A stretch of 64,000 nucleotides of DNA. It comes from a virus. Lineage: Duplodnaviria; Caudoviricetes. Numbering within the stretch: position 1 is the first letter of the stretch; each line of letters opens with the position of its first letter. The notes below the pieces were generated by a model that was not told the origin of the DNA, ran no database searches, and saw nothing but the letters and a program-made list of their open reading frames with translations. Of the stretch, positions 57,101 through 64,000 are shown piece by piece. Both the position numbers and the translations under genes were made by a program. The stretch lies in IMG/VR virus record IMGVR_UViG_2595698595_000001, positions 155,373 through 219,372 of that record. The stretch is one strand, 5' to 3'.

Positions 57101-58103
57101 AGAAATCGATTCGATTATCGAAAAGGTCAAAGAGTCTAAGAAAGTTATTGACGCTATCGAAAGTTATAAGATTAGAAAAACCTCTTATGATGGGTTCAAT
57201 CAAACTACTATCGATACAATCTCTCGTAAATCGGATCAGGTTGAAGAGATTAATGGAAAGATTTCGATAGTTAAGAAACAAAAACTTGATTACGATACTA
57301 AATCGAAATCGTTAGTTGATCTGAAATTAAAGGTTCCAGAGTTAACAAACATAATCGAAAATCTTAAATCGAAACTTGAAAGATTCAAATCTGATCTCGA
57401 AAAGATGTATCAGAATAAGGAAGTTCAGGAAAAGATAAAACTTCAAGAATTGTATTTGTCACAGATGGAATCGAATCTTAACGAAACTGTTGAAAATCTA
57501 CAAATGTATATCAGGAAAGTTGAAAACGCTACTAACAGTATCAATGATTTAGAAACTGACATACAAGATTCGATTAACTATCGTGTTATGGAATCATCGT
57601 TAGCGATATACAAAACTTTCATAGGTAAATCTGGATTGAATAAATTGATATTCGATGCAGTTTCTAAGAAGTTGAATCTTCATATGAACGATTTACTTAA
57701 GGATTCACCTTACAAGTTAGCTTTCGTAAACGGTGTTCTACATCTTATCGATTCGACTAATATCGAAACTCCTGTAACAAGAACAGCTCCAGCTTTCTCA
57801 GGTATGCAAATCATACTTGGTGGATTATCATTATTCTACGTTTTACGAAATGCTTCATTAGGTACGAAATATGATTGTGTATTTATTGATGAGATTTCAG
57901 GACCTTTGAATGACGGTAAGGAATTAACATACAAAGCTATAAATTACAAACAGTTACTAATCGATATGATAGCTAAAATGAGAGAATCTTCAAAGGTTTT
58001 CATTGTAGATCATTATCTGGATTTTTACGATGGTTCTATTCTTGAAGTTTATCCTTCTAATGATGGATCGAATATCAAGGAAATCTTAGTTCCACAAGCT
58101 TAA
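54198..58103 (+). CDS. fused Mre11/SbcD nuclease - Rad50/SbcC ATPase (T4 gp47-gp46-like)
   Basis: HLSDIQ, SGDIF, GNHD, AGHIH phosphoesterase motifs; GTNGIGKT Walker A; coiled coil with CKTC hook; FSGMQ signature; FIDE Walker B; VDH. Confidence 0.9.
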   Translation: MLKILHLSDIQIEIRRNSQRYDEYASALEEVISYAKSNLDISKVVLSGDIFEFCAVTDTERVMFIRFIKTLESIETINEIVITSGNHDLKQRFNDINISGVSVIENSVMDSLHESFKESSKIKVLTKSGFYPSNTVGLNWGAWAHEHKFDGNIENYSPWEREVVIEPKNVIEIYHDNFAGAMNFNGLIQKGCEDAKSFDMFKAKTILAGHIHNPQQFKSDSNQTFTYASSLVMRDFGEGDYYLNGNRTVKGLQNHGFYVHTIDTNDYSTVSSEFIPVDCYTTRATFLIDKNFNWETINDLRLDYVSKYKNMLRIVVTGNESKYHEKSAEILQAISRNVPNLEVSIDIDSSNIFSETSEDLDLELDKLVTEEQILDIAIPFIKRRIRSTKRILEEDKDNAETTTIELFKTQLLKLRKTIERNHITFHNLTVSNFLSFEDNVNIDFSKLRSLVKISGTNGIGKTNIMKTLKWIVDDLIDGSQARNSVNQNALDVFNDKRLDTNLVESTFVFSRNGKKYTLKKSIERFFKSRSKDITVHNWKEHIKNLTISKELLIQSSNSEETLTDLDLIQNELREIFGSVHDMEALLFTNANSLERLVKSNPDVLADQIMHHLGLRYFQDMSNDYENVRTEKLKTLSKPSKSIEAMVLELEDFKETKTNGSNIVKSLTEQKEIDSLKIATKHSEINELRETLHQVENPEMLETNIESTSKDIETKTNDLELVHTGMKTLSDALALDYKNFDAIIDEYNSEIKTIENEISELNNSVKLEASNLETEKQKVLTITESVKSEMNSEINNRYSSKTETLNSELKSKENEKNTVLTLLREAKHEFELKRNQKKSEFETSLSDAKKKAETLVELIDTNTGLITVYETATTCKTCGNAITGKALEEIQNRKNECQVKINESRNDLNEVYEAIKIIESELAKPYYSIEPNAWLTENCADNLKLARSLTDTITDIEKQIKEINDEKQKEIDSIIEKVKESKKVIDAIESYKIRKTSYDGFNQTTIDTISRKSDQVEEINGKISIVKKQKLDYDTKSKSLVDLKLKVPELTNIIENLKSKLERFKSDLEKMYQNKEVQEKIKLQELYLSQMESNLNETVENLQMYIRKVENATNSINDLETDIQDSINYRVMESSLAIYKTFIGKSGLNKLIFDAVSKKLNLHMNDLLKDSPYKLAFVNGVLHLIDSTNIETPVTRTAPAFSGMQIILGGLSLFYVLRNASLGTKYDCVFIDEISGPLNDGKELTYKAINYKQLLIDMIAKMRESSKVFIVDHYLDFYDGSILEVYPSNDGSNIKEILVPQA

Positions 58104-58122
58104 TTACAAATTGTTAAAATCT

Positions 58123-58170
58123 GAATCGGTTGTTACAATTAAGTAACAACCGATTCTTGTTTAGTACTAT
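58123..58170 (+). promoter_or_regulatory. terminator hairpin overlapping AGTAAC-N14-TAGTACTAT promoter
   Basis: GAATCGGTTGTTAC-AATTAA-GTAACAACCGATTC. Confidence 0.7.
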
Positions 58171-58188
58171 ATTCTAAATCAAACAGAT

Positions 58189-58518
58189 ATGCATTATACG
58201 ATATTACTAATTTTGAATATTATTCTAATCGGTATAGTAGTTCATACTATTTCTAGTAATAAGCTAAGTATCAAAATAAAGAGAAATTTGAATAGAGAAT
58301 TCATAACATTTTCTATTACTGTAATATTAGCTTTGATATTTTTCTATCCATGGAAAGAACTTCATATGATAGAAAACGAAATCGATAAAACTTCGAAATT
58401 ATTTGATACTTTCGTTATTTATACGATCTTGTATTTTGTTATGCAGTCATTAGCTATAGTATCGTTTCTATTCTTTCAGTTACAATTACAGTATCTAAAA
58501 TCTAGAAAAATAAAATAA
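58189..58518 (+). CDS. three-TM membrane protein
   Basis: Three hydrophobic helices, basic C-terminus. Confidence 0.55.
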   Translation: MHYTILLILNIILIGIVVHTISSNKLSIKIKRNLNREFITFSITVILALIFFYPWKELHMIENEIDKTSKLFDTFVIYTILYFVMQSLAIVSFLFFQLQLQYLKSRKIK

Positions 58519-58530
58519 TACATATTTCAT

Positions 58531-58707
58531 ATGGATTCGATAACAAATTTTTCGATAATACTTTTCCTGCTGATCTTCATATCAGTGGTAATACTCCTAC
58601 TAGTCGATAGAATACCTTTCAAATTGAGAGTAATTCTATTATTACAGATTATCTTCTATTCGTTATTCATGCTATTCCATATCTTATTTCTAACAAAGAC
58701 ATTATAA
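58531..58707 (+). CDS. 58-aa two-TM protein, holin candidate (not in ORF track)
   Basis: MDSITNFSIILFLLIFISVVILLLVDRIPFKLRVILLLQIIFYSLFMLFHILFLTKTL after AATACATA at 58517-58524. Confidence 0.5.
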   Translation: MDSITNFSIILFLLIFISVVILLLVDRIPFKLRVILLLQIIFYSLFMLFHILFLTKTL

Positions 58708-58711
58708 AACA

Positions 58712-59185
58712 ATGACACAATTCATTAACTATCTATCTAGTATAGATTACGAAATCTATATAGGTTACGTATACATGCTAGCATTAATCGGTATTACTAC
58801 TGTATTCTTTACAAAGAATCCCACAAAACTTATAGCTTTCATTTTAACTATATCGTTACTTTTCGTTTCAATGTTCCTATTATCAGATAACATTAAGAAA
58901 ACAGTTTCTAACGTTAAAGAACTAGAAATTAAAAACGATTCATTAAATAACTTGAATTCAGTAATACAAAATAGCAACGATTCATTAACATTGATTATTG
59001 ACAAACTTGCTATAAGAGTTGATTCAGTCGACAAAGTTATATTACGTTACAAAGAAATCATCAAACAAAATAAACAAATAAACAATGAAAAAATTATCGC
59101 TATTGATACTTTCGATTCTGATGACATTGACAGCTTCTTCTCAGATTACGAAAAACGATACTACAATATCTTTATTAAACCTTAA
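58712..59185 (+). CDS. membrane-anchored coiled-coil protein (i-spanin-like)
   Basis: Two N-terminal TM segments followed by a long coiled coil. Confidence 0.5.
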   Translation: MTQFINYLSSIDYEIYIGYVYMLALIGITTVFFTKNPTKLIAFILTISLLFVSMFLLSDNIKKTVSNVKELEIKNDSLNNLNSVIQNSNDSLTLIIDKLAIRVDSVDKVILRYKEIIKQNKQINNEKIIAIDTFDSDDIDSFFSDYEKRYYNIFIKP

Positions 59186-59543
59186 ACCAAAAACAATTAC
59201 GTATTACGATACAACTTACAAAGCTTTCACTTTAGAACAAACTAGAGAAATCGTTAAAGAATTAGCAACTCTTGAGTATCTAGCTTGGGAAAACGATCTA
59301 AGGGAAAATTGGATTACAGATTTAGAAGGTACAGTAGCTGATCAAAATACAATGATAAATCTTTATAAACAGAAATCAAGTAATTATCAGAGTATTATTT
59401 CCAATCAACAGAATATCATAAAGAACAAGGATAATATTATACATATTCATCAAAATACTATTAAACGTAAGAATAAGATAATGATCCTTGGTACTACAGT
59501 TAGTATAGCTGCAATCGTTGGTATCTTATTCGTAGTAAAATAA
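59085..59543 (+). CDS. secreted coiled-coil protein with C-terminal TM (spanin-like partner)
   Basis: Signal peptide ending TASS-Q, coiled coil, C-terminal hydrophobic helix; overlaps the upstream gene by 101 nt. Confidence 0.5.
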   Translation: MKKLSLLILSILMTLTASSQITKNDTTISLLNLKPKTITYYDTTYKAFTLEQTREIVKELATLEYLAWENDLRENWITDLEGTVADQNTMINLYKQKSSNYQSIISNQQNIIKNKDNIIHIHQNTIKRKNKIMILGTTVSIAAIVGILFVVK

Positions 59544-59547
59544 GAAT

Positions 59548-60411
59548 ATGAAACAGAACAAAGAACTTTTTACAGAAATACGGACCATTTTCTGGGACAC
59601 TTCACAAGCTTATAATGCTAAACATAAGTTAGATTTATTAGGACCTGTCTGGTTTAACGCTTATGACATTATCGCAGCACATACACCGGAAGTTGATTTT
59701 GATGCTGTTGCTGAAAAATGTGCAAGAACTCATACGAAACCTACTGACAAATACTATGGTATGTCAAAGGAAGAAATTCTTACACAATGGAGAACTAAAT
59801 CTGACAAAGGTGCTAAATCTGGAAACGATTTAGATGCTTATAATCAAGCTCTATTTCATGATAAACCTTTACCTGAATTAGACTTAGAACTTGATATCGA
59901 AACTCTTGAGAAATATCGTAAGTTAAGAATTAACGCTGATACTTTCTATTCTAAATTGAATCAAAATCCAGCAGTTGAACTTGTAAATACTGAAGTTTGG
60001 GTAAACGAACCATTGTTTGGATTCCGTGGTAAAATGGATTTACTTCTTAACAATACATCAGCTGAATCATTATTGATAGTCGATCATAAGCAGAACGAAT
60101 TCATTTCAACAACTAACGCTTATGGTAAATTCATGACAGGTTGTCTAAGTATGTTACCCGAAACTGACTTGAATAAAATGACACTTCAACTTTACGCATA
60201 TCGATATGCTATAGAAGAGGTTGCTAAAAAGAAAGTTGGTTCCACTGCTTTAGCACATAACACCGTAAATGCTTTCAATTTGATTAGACCTACTTTCGAT
60301 TATTCTAAAGAAATGATGGAACGTATTTTTAATGACACCCGTGAATACGTTGTTAAGAAACGTAAAGCTGCTTATGATGCTAAGTTTAACGAAAATAATC
60401 AACCATTGTAA
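59548..60411 (+). CDS. PD-(D/E)XK exonuclease (RecB/Cas4-like fold)
   Basis: TEVWV, GKMDLL, IVDHKQ, QLYAY. Confidence 0.75.
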   Translation: MKQNKELFTEIRTIFWDTSQAYNAKHKLDLLGPVWFNAYDIIAAHTPEVDFDAVAEKCARTHTKPTDKYYGMSKEEILTQWRTKSDKGAKSGNDLDAYNQALFHDKPLPELDLELDIETLEKYRKLRINADTFYSKLNQNPAVELVNTEVWVNEPLFGFRGKMDLLLNNTSAESLLIVDHKQNEFISTTNAYGKFMTGCLSMLPETDLNKMTLQLYAYRYAIEEVAKKKVGSTALAHNTVNAFNLIRPTFDYSKEMMERIFNDTREYVVKKRKAAYDAKFNENNQPL

Positions 60412-60413
60412 AT

Positions 60414-60755
60414 ATGACATACAAAGATTTCGAAAAGATTATTAGTGTTTGGAAGGAAGACACTATTAACTATATTGCTATTACTAAGAAGCTTGGAGAA
60501 CTAGGTGTTCATCCTTCCAATTTACAAGATGTTTCGAATCCTTCAAGCATTAAGAAACATTTGATAGCTTATCTGATAACTAAATGTCGTGTAACATATT
60601 CAAGTGATTTAGTTTCGATCTATAGTTCTAAGACTATGGGATTCATCGTATACGATAAGAAGAACAATTTCATTTTCATTGATGAAATCATGATTAACGC
60701 ATTCGATCTTAGAAATCTTCCAAACGAAAAAGAATTCTATAGGAAGCTTATGTAA
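60414..60755 (+). CDS. hypothetical protein
   Basis: ORF in cluster. Confidence 0.55.
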   Translation: MTYKDFEKIISVWKEDTINYIAITKKLGELGVHPSNLQDVSNPSSIKKHLIAYLITKCRVTYSSDLVSIYSSKTMGFIVYDKKNNFIFIDEIMINAFDLRNLPNEKEFYRKLM

Positions 60756-60758
60756 TAC

Positions 60759-60787
60759 TGAAACATATTTCATTCGTTGAGTATAAT
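60759..60787 (+). promoter_or_regulatory. TGAAAC-N14-GAGTATAAT promoter
   Basis: Near-consensus, intergenic. Confidence 0.7.
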
Positions 60788-60823
60788 ATAAACATATCAA
60801 TATTTAAATTATACTCAACGAAC

Positions 60824-61654
60824 ATGAAATCAATTATTTCGAAAGTACTTAAGGTAGCTGAAACAGCCCAACCTAGAAATATCGAAAACGTAATGTTAAA
60901 GGTTCAGGAAGAAGTTGGAGAACTTGCTACTGAAGTTAATGTCAAATCTGGTTTCCTTGGTCAGCATAAAGCTGGAAAGGATGGAATTCTTGGAGAAGCA
61001 TGTGACTCAATCATAGCACTTCTAGATATTATTTATCTTGACAATCCAAATGTCACTGAAGAAGATATAGCAAAAACTATCAAAAAGAAAGTTAAGAAAT
61101 GGGTAAATCGTAATACGAATAACGAATCTAAGAAAGAAAGTGTATTCTCGCATTCTGATTTTCACTACAATATTATCGAAGCTTCTAAACGTAATCGTAT
61201 TGGTAAGTTGAAATTTCAAAATGATATAGTTTTCGAAAGAAATGAAGACGTAGTAACACTTTTTCATGTATCTGTTACTGAAAACAATATGTTCGAACCA
61301 GTTTATAATGAAGAATCTAAACGTATAAATGTTCCAACTGACAAAGAAATTTACTATACTATCGAATTAAGATTCAATCCTAATGATAGTATATCAATCA
61401 TTCTTAATCTTAACTATAACGATGGTAATAGTAATGTAGAAATATTTTCAAGTTTCATAGGTATTTACGAAAACTGTGATAACGTTTTGAATACATTTTT
61501 ATATGAAGAATTTGAAGACGGTATCGTTTCCAGAGAATCTGTAAACGAACTATTGAATTTACAGTTCAATCGTACTAATCATCTTGGTTTTAATGATAAC
61601 GAACTTATCAAATTATTGACACGTTCTATATTTGTTACCAAGACATACGCGTAA
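60824..61654 (+). CDS. MazG-like NTP pyrophosphohydrolase with C-terminal extension
   Basis: KVQEEVGELA...GEACD MazG motif in the first ~95 aa. Confidence 0.75.
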   Translation: MKSIISKVLKVAETAQPRNIENVMLKVQEEVGELATEVNVKSGFLGQHKAGKDGILGEACDSIIALLDIIYLDNPNVTEEDIAKTIKKKVKKWVNRNTNNESKKESVFSHSDFHYNIIEASKRNRIGKLKFQNDIVFERNEDVVTLFHVSVTENNMFEPVYNEESKRINVPTDKEIYYTIELRFNPNDSISIILNLNYNDGNSNVEIFSSFIGIYENCDNVLNTFLYEEFEDGIVSRESVNELLNLQFNRTNHLGFNDNELIKLLTRSIFVTKTYA

Positions 61655-61659
61655 TACAA

Positions 61660-62088
61660 GTGATTAAATTCAAAACTTACAAGGGTGACATAACATATTT
61701 ACCACCTCGTGGTATTTTCGTATTCGGGTCAAATACTGAAGGTCGACATAGTAAAGGAGCTGCATTAACAGCTAAATTGATGTTTGGTGCTGAATATGGG
61801 AACCCTGTAGGAAGACAGGGTCAATCTTATGCTATAATTACGAAAGACCTTACGAAATGTTTTCATCCGTCTGTTTCAAGAATTCATATAGAAAATCAAA
61901 TCCTGGATTTATACGATTATGCTATAGCACATCCTGATTTATTGTTCTTTGTACCTTACAAAGATAATCAAGAAAACTTAAATTATTACACTTCGAAAGA
62001 AATGGCTGATATGTTCAGTAGATGGAAAATTCCAGATAACATGGTTTTCGAGGAATCATTTTCTAAACTTTTAACACAATGCTACTAG
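61660..62088 (+). CDS. macro-domain-like phage protein (FVFGSN..GRH..GAA family)
   Basis: IFVFGSNTEGRHSKGAA, GQSYAI motifs. Confidence 0.65.
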   Translation: MIKFKTYKGDITYLPPRGIFVFGSNTEGRHSKGAALTAKLMFGAEYGNPVGRQGQSYAIITKDLTKCFHPSVSRIHIENQILDLYDYAIAHPDLLFFVPYKDNQENLNYYTSKEMADMFSRWKIPDNMVFEESFSKLLTQCY

Positions 62089-62357
62089 ACAATAAGAAAG
62101 TATTAGCACCTGTTATTTCATTGATACTTTTTGAATTACTTAAAGAAAAACATTCTGAAGAAATCGATAAGATTTTCCAGATTTCGATAAACAAGATAAA
62201 TCATTTACAATTTATACCTTCAGTTGATTCTAGAGTAACTGTTCAATTCGATTATACGATAGCATATAAGGAAAATTGGCCTGAAAATAAACGTAAATTA
62301 AATGGTCTGGAATACGTTCAAATTCTTGATTTATTAGCATATATTGTAGGATCATGA
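62079..62357 (+). CDS. hypothetical protein
   Basis: Overlap-coupled. Confidence 0.5.
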   Translation: MLLDNKKVLAPVISLILFELLKEKHSEEIDKIFQISINKINHLQFIPSVDSRVTVQFDYTIAYKENWPENKRKLNGLEYVQILDLLAYIVGS

Positions 62358-62641
62358 CAAAAGGATTTAAACTATTAGAAAAGGCTGATTTGGATCAAAT
62401 TAAATCTGACAAATCTGCTAACAAATTACTTGACTATATCAAGAAACATGTTCATAACGAAACTGGTCCAGATTTCGAGCTTCAAGAATTCATTGACAAT
62501 TTAGGAATCTGTTATCAACAAGCTGACGGATTTGTTTTGACTGATGGTTCTAGAAAGAATTATTCGGTTCCTTCTATTCTATCACATATCGATAGAACTG
62601 GTGAAATATCAATTACTGAACTTACAAATAATAGCATATAA
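62354..62641 (+). CDS. hypothetical protein
   Basis: ATGA-coupled. Confidence 0.55.
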   Translation: MTKGFKLLEKADLDQIKSDKSANKLLDYIKKHVHNETGPDFELQEFIDNLGICYQQADGFVLTDGSRKNYSVPSILSHIDRTGEISITELTNNSI

Positions 62642-62961
62642 TGAAATTCGATCCTCAAATATACACAGTTTACACTTCTAATGAAGACTGTAAGGTAAAA
62701 ATTTCGTACATGATAAAAGTTTACTTGTACGAAATGTCATTATTCGGTTTAATGAAAACTTTGAAACAGAAAAAGGAGCTATTCTTATGTAAGAATGGTG
62801 ACGAAATTGTTCCATTACGTTTCGAAACGTTAGAAGAAGCTTTCAGATTCAAACGTGATTTAAACGATAAAGAAATAACATTGTATCAAGCTGACAAAAG
62901 TGATACATATTTTGTAAAAGAATTAGACATATTGTCATATTATAACTTTATAAACAACTAA
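62641..62961 (+). CDS. hypothetical protein
   Basis: TAATG-coupled. Confidence 0.55.
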   Translation: MKFDPQIYTVYTSNEDCKVKISYMIKVYLYEMSLFGLMKTLKQKKELFLCKNGDEIVPLRFETLEEAFRFKRDLNDKEITLYQADKSDTYFVKELDILSYYNFINN

Positions 62962-63007
62962 TTATGAAAAAGAAACTAGACAGGCTTTAGTACTAAACTA
63001 AAGCAAA

Positions 63008-63181
63008 ATGAAAATAGATAAATTCGAAACGAATCCAAAGGCTATTCGTTTACATAACAAAAGATTTCAAAGATGTGAATACTGTCCACCTAATAAGGGT
63101 TGTAACGTTCAAAGGGATAATGACTATAAAGGTTGGAAATTCTGGAACAAGACAAGAAAACAGTATCAACGTCATAACTAA
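63008..63181 (+). CDS. 57-aa basic Cys-containing protein (not in ORF track)
   Basis: MKIDKFETNPKAIRLHNKRFQRCEYCPPNKGCNVQRDNDYKGWKFWNKTRKQYQRHN ends right at the hairpin element. Confidence 0.55.
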   Translation: MKIDKFETNPKAIRLHNKRFQRCEYCPPNKGCNVQRDNDYKGWKFWNKTRKQYQRHN

Positions 63182-63225
63182 AAGAAAGCTCGTTAATGAA
63201 ACTTAACGAGCTTTCTTAGTATAAT
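63182..63225 (+). repeat. hairpin-promoter element, type C
   Basis: AAGAAAGCTCGTTAA-TGAAAC-TTAACGAGCTTTCTT then AGTATAAT. Confidence 0.85.
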
Positions 63226-63250
63226 ATTACTTTAACAAATCATATCAATT

Positions 63251-63463
63251 ATGAAAACTGAATTTCAAGAAGCTGTTAAACAAGAATTAGAAAACCTTCT
63301 AAACGATAAAGAAACACTCAAGTCAATTTTACAAGATAGATTAACTATCGAAACTGAGAAAGAAACAAGTTACGGATTTCATAGTGATTCTAATCATGTG
63401 ACAGTAAAACTTAGATTAGATGGTGAAGTTATATCATCAGATTCGTTTCTTATACGAACTTAA
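63251..63463 (+). CDS. hypothetical protein
   Basis: ORF between promoter elements. Confidence 0.6.
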   Translation: MKTEFQEAVKQELENLLNDKETLKSILQDRLTIETEKETSYGFHSDSNHVTVKLRLDGEVISSDSFLIRT

Positions 63464-63472
63464 AAATAATTG

Positions 63473-63506
63473 TTCAGAAACTGAAACTTTTGATAAAACT
63501 GTAGTA
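63473..63506 (+). repeat. 34-bp promoter-containing direct repeat, copy 1
   Basis: TTCAGAAACTGAAACTTTTGATAAAACTGTAGTA, identical to 63904-63937. Confidence 0.9.
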
Positions 63507-63529
63507 CTATACATTTAAATCAAAATCAT

Positions 63530-63880
63530 ATGTCAACTGTATATATCATTCAATATTCGACAAATCGTTACAACTTACATAAAATCTCTCCAGTAGATTT
63601 TGACGGTTTCGGTTTTCTTAGAGCATGTAATATCGATATTCCGAGCTTGATGAAAGCTGGTTTCAAATCGATTCGTTCTTTAATCAAAGAATCTTCAGAG
63701 AATGGGAAATCTTTAGTTTCATTGAAACTTAACAGATCGATTCCTAAATCGGTTGTCAAAAGTCTTGAAGAAAAATCTAACAGTTTCTCAGTCCCTTATT
63801 GTGAGATTTGCATTGAACATGAAATTGATGGTGAAATCTTCAAAGCTTATTTCAAAATAACTAAATCTCGTTTAAAATAG
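63530..63880 (+). CDS. hypothetical protein
   Basis: Gene flanked by the 34-bp direct repeats. Confidence 0.6.
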   Translation: MSTVYIIQYSTNRYNLHKISPVDFDGFGFLRACNIDIPSLMKAGFKSIRSLIKESSENGKSLVSLKLNRSIPKSVVKSLEEKSNSFSVPYCEICIEHEIDGEIFKAYFKITKSRLK

Positions 63881-63903
63881 TTTCATTTATTTGAAACTTT
63901 TTA

Positions 63904-63937
63904 TTCAGAAACTGAAACTTTTGATAAAACTGTAGTA
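63904..63937 (+). repeat. 34-bp promoter-containing direct repeat, copy 2
   Basis: Identical to 63473-63506. Confidence 0.9.
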
Positions 63938-64000
63938 TAATATATACAAATAAATCATTATACATATACTCAATTGGTTTACATTGTCAAATAAATTGAT

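Noticed and set aside
59548-60411. True Cas4
   Set aside because: Lacks the four-Cys Fe-S cluster pattern; generic PD-(D/E)XK exonuclease
4571-63225. Palindromic ~35-40 bp repeats as a CRISPR array
   Set aside because: Copies are hundreds to thousands of bases apart and separated by whole genes, not 30-40 nt spacers; no cas operon in the window
2945-63759. Minus-strand ORFs in the ORF track
   Set aside because: All are short, antisense to well-supported + strand genes and lack recognisable motifs
4571-63937. Hairpin elements as integron attC sites
   Set aside because: No clear RYYYAAC...GTTRRRY core arrangement, no extrahelical-base pattern and no integrase in the window; terminator-promoter fits better
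1-64000. Visually frequent TCGA (TTCGAA, ATCGAT)
   Set aside because: Plausibly explained by TTC/ATC codons followed by GAA/GAT; cannot be called significant without a codon-aware count
1-64000. tRNA or rRNA genes
   Set aside because: Intergenic gaps are short and explained by promoters, terminators or micro-ORFs; no cloverleaf recognised by eye

Overview
An AT-rich, densely coding 64-kb segment with all credible genes on the + strand. It most likely comes from a large T4-superfamily-like (jumbo) myophage of a Bacteroidota host. Host evidence is indirect: no Shine-Dalgarno motifs, signal peptides cleaving before Gln, a Bacteroidota-style lipoprotein, and DUF5675 and GH73 lysins. Recognisable genes: a nucleotidyltransferase-kinase fusion and a KdsC-like HAD phosphatase; a GH73 muramidase; a DinG-type helicase; class Ib ribonucleotide reductase genes (nrdH, nrdI, nrdE with a mini-intein, and a displaced nrdF); a virion module (gp5-like hub, gp13-like neck, large baseplate/fibre proteins); an RmlD-like reductase; a fused Mre11-Rad50 (gp47-gp46); a PD-(D/E)XK nuclease; a MazG-like protein; and many small hypothetical genes. 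Read directly from the DNA: (i) a dispersed TGAAAC-N14-TAGTATAAT promoter family, often built into covarying terminator hairpins, with one copy that looks recombinant; (ii) a T4-late-like WATACATA motif before virion genes; (iii) four tandem acyl-carrier-protein-like genes, only one keeping the phosphopantetheine Ser (best candidate for an undescribed system); (iv) proteins with a T4-like capsid-targeting N-terminus, one interrupted by an in-frame TAG; (v) a 15-bp inverted repeat that pairs a promoter spacer with the rmlD-like start codon. All family calls are by motif recognition without database searches.
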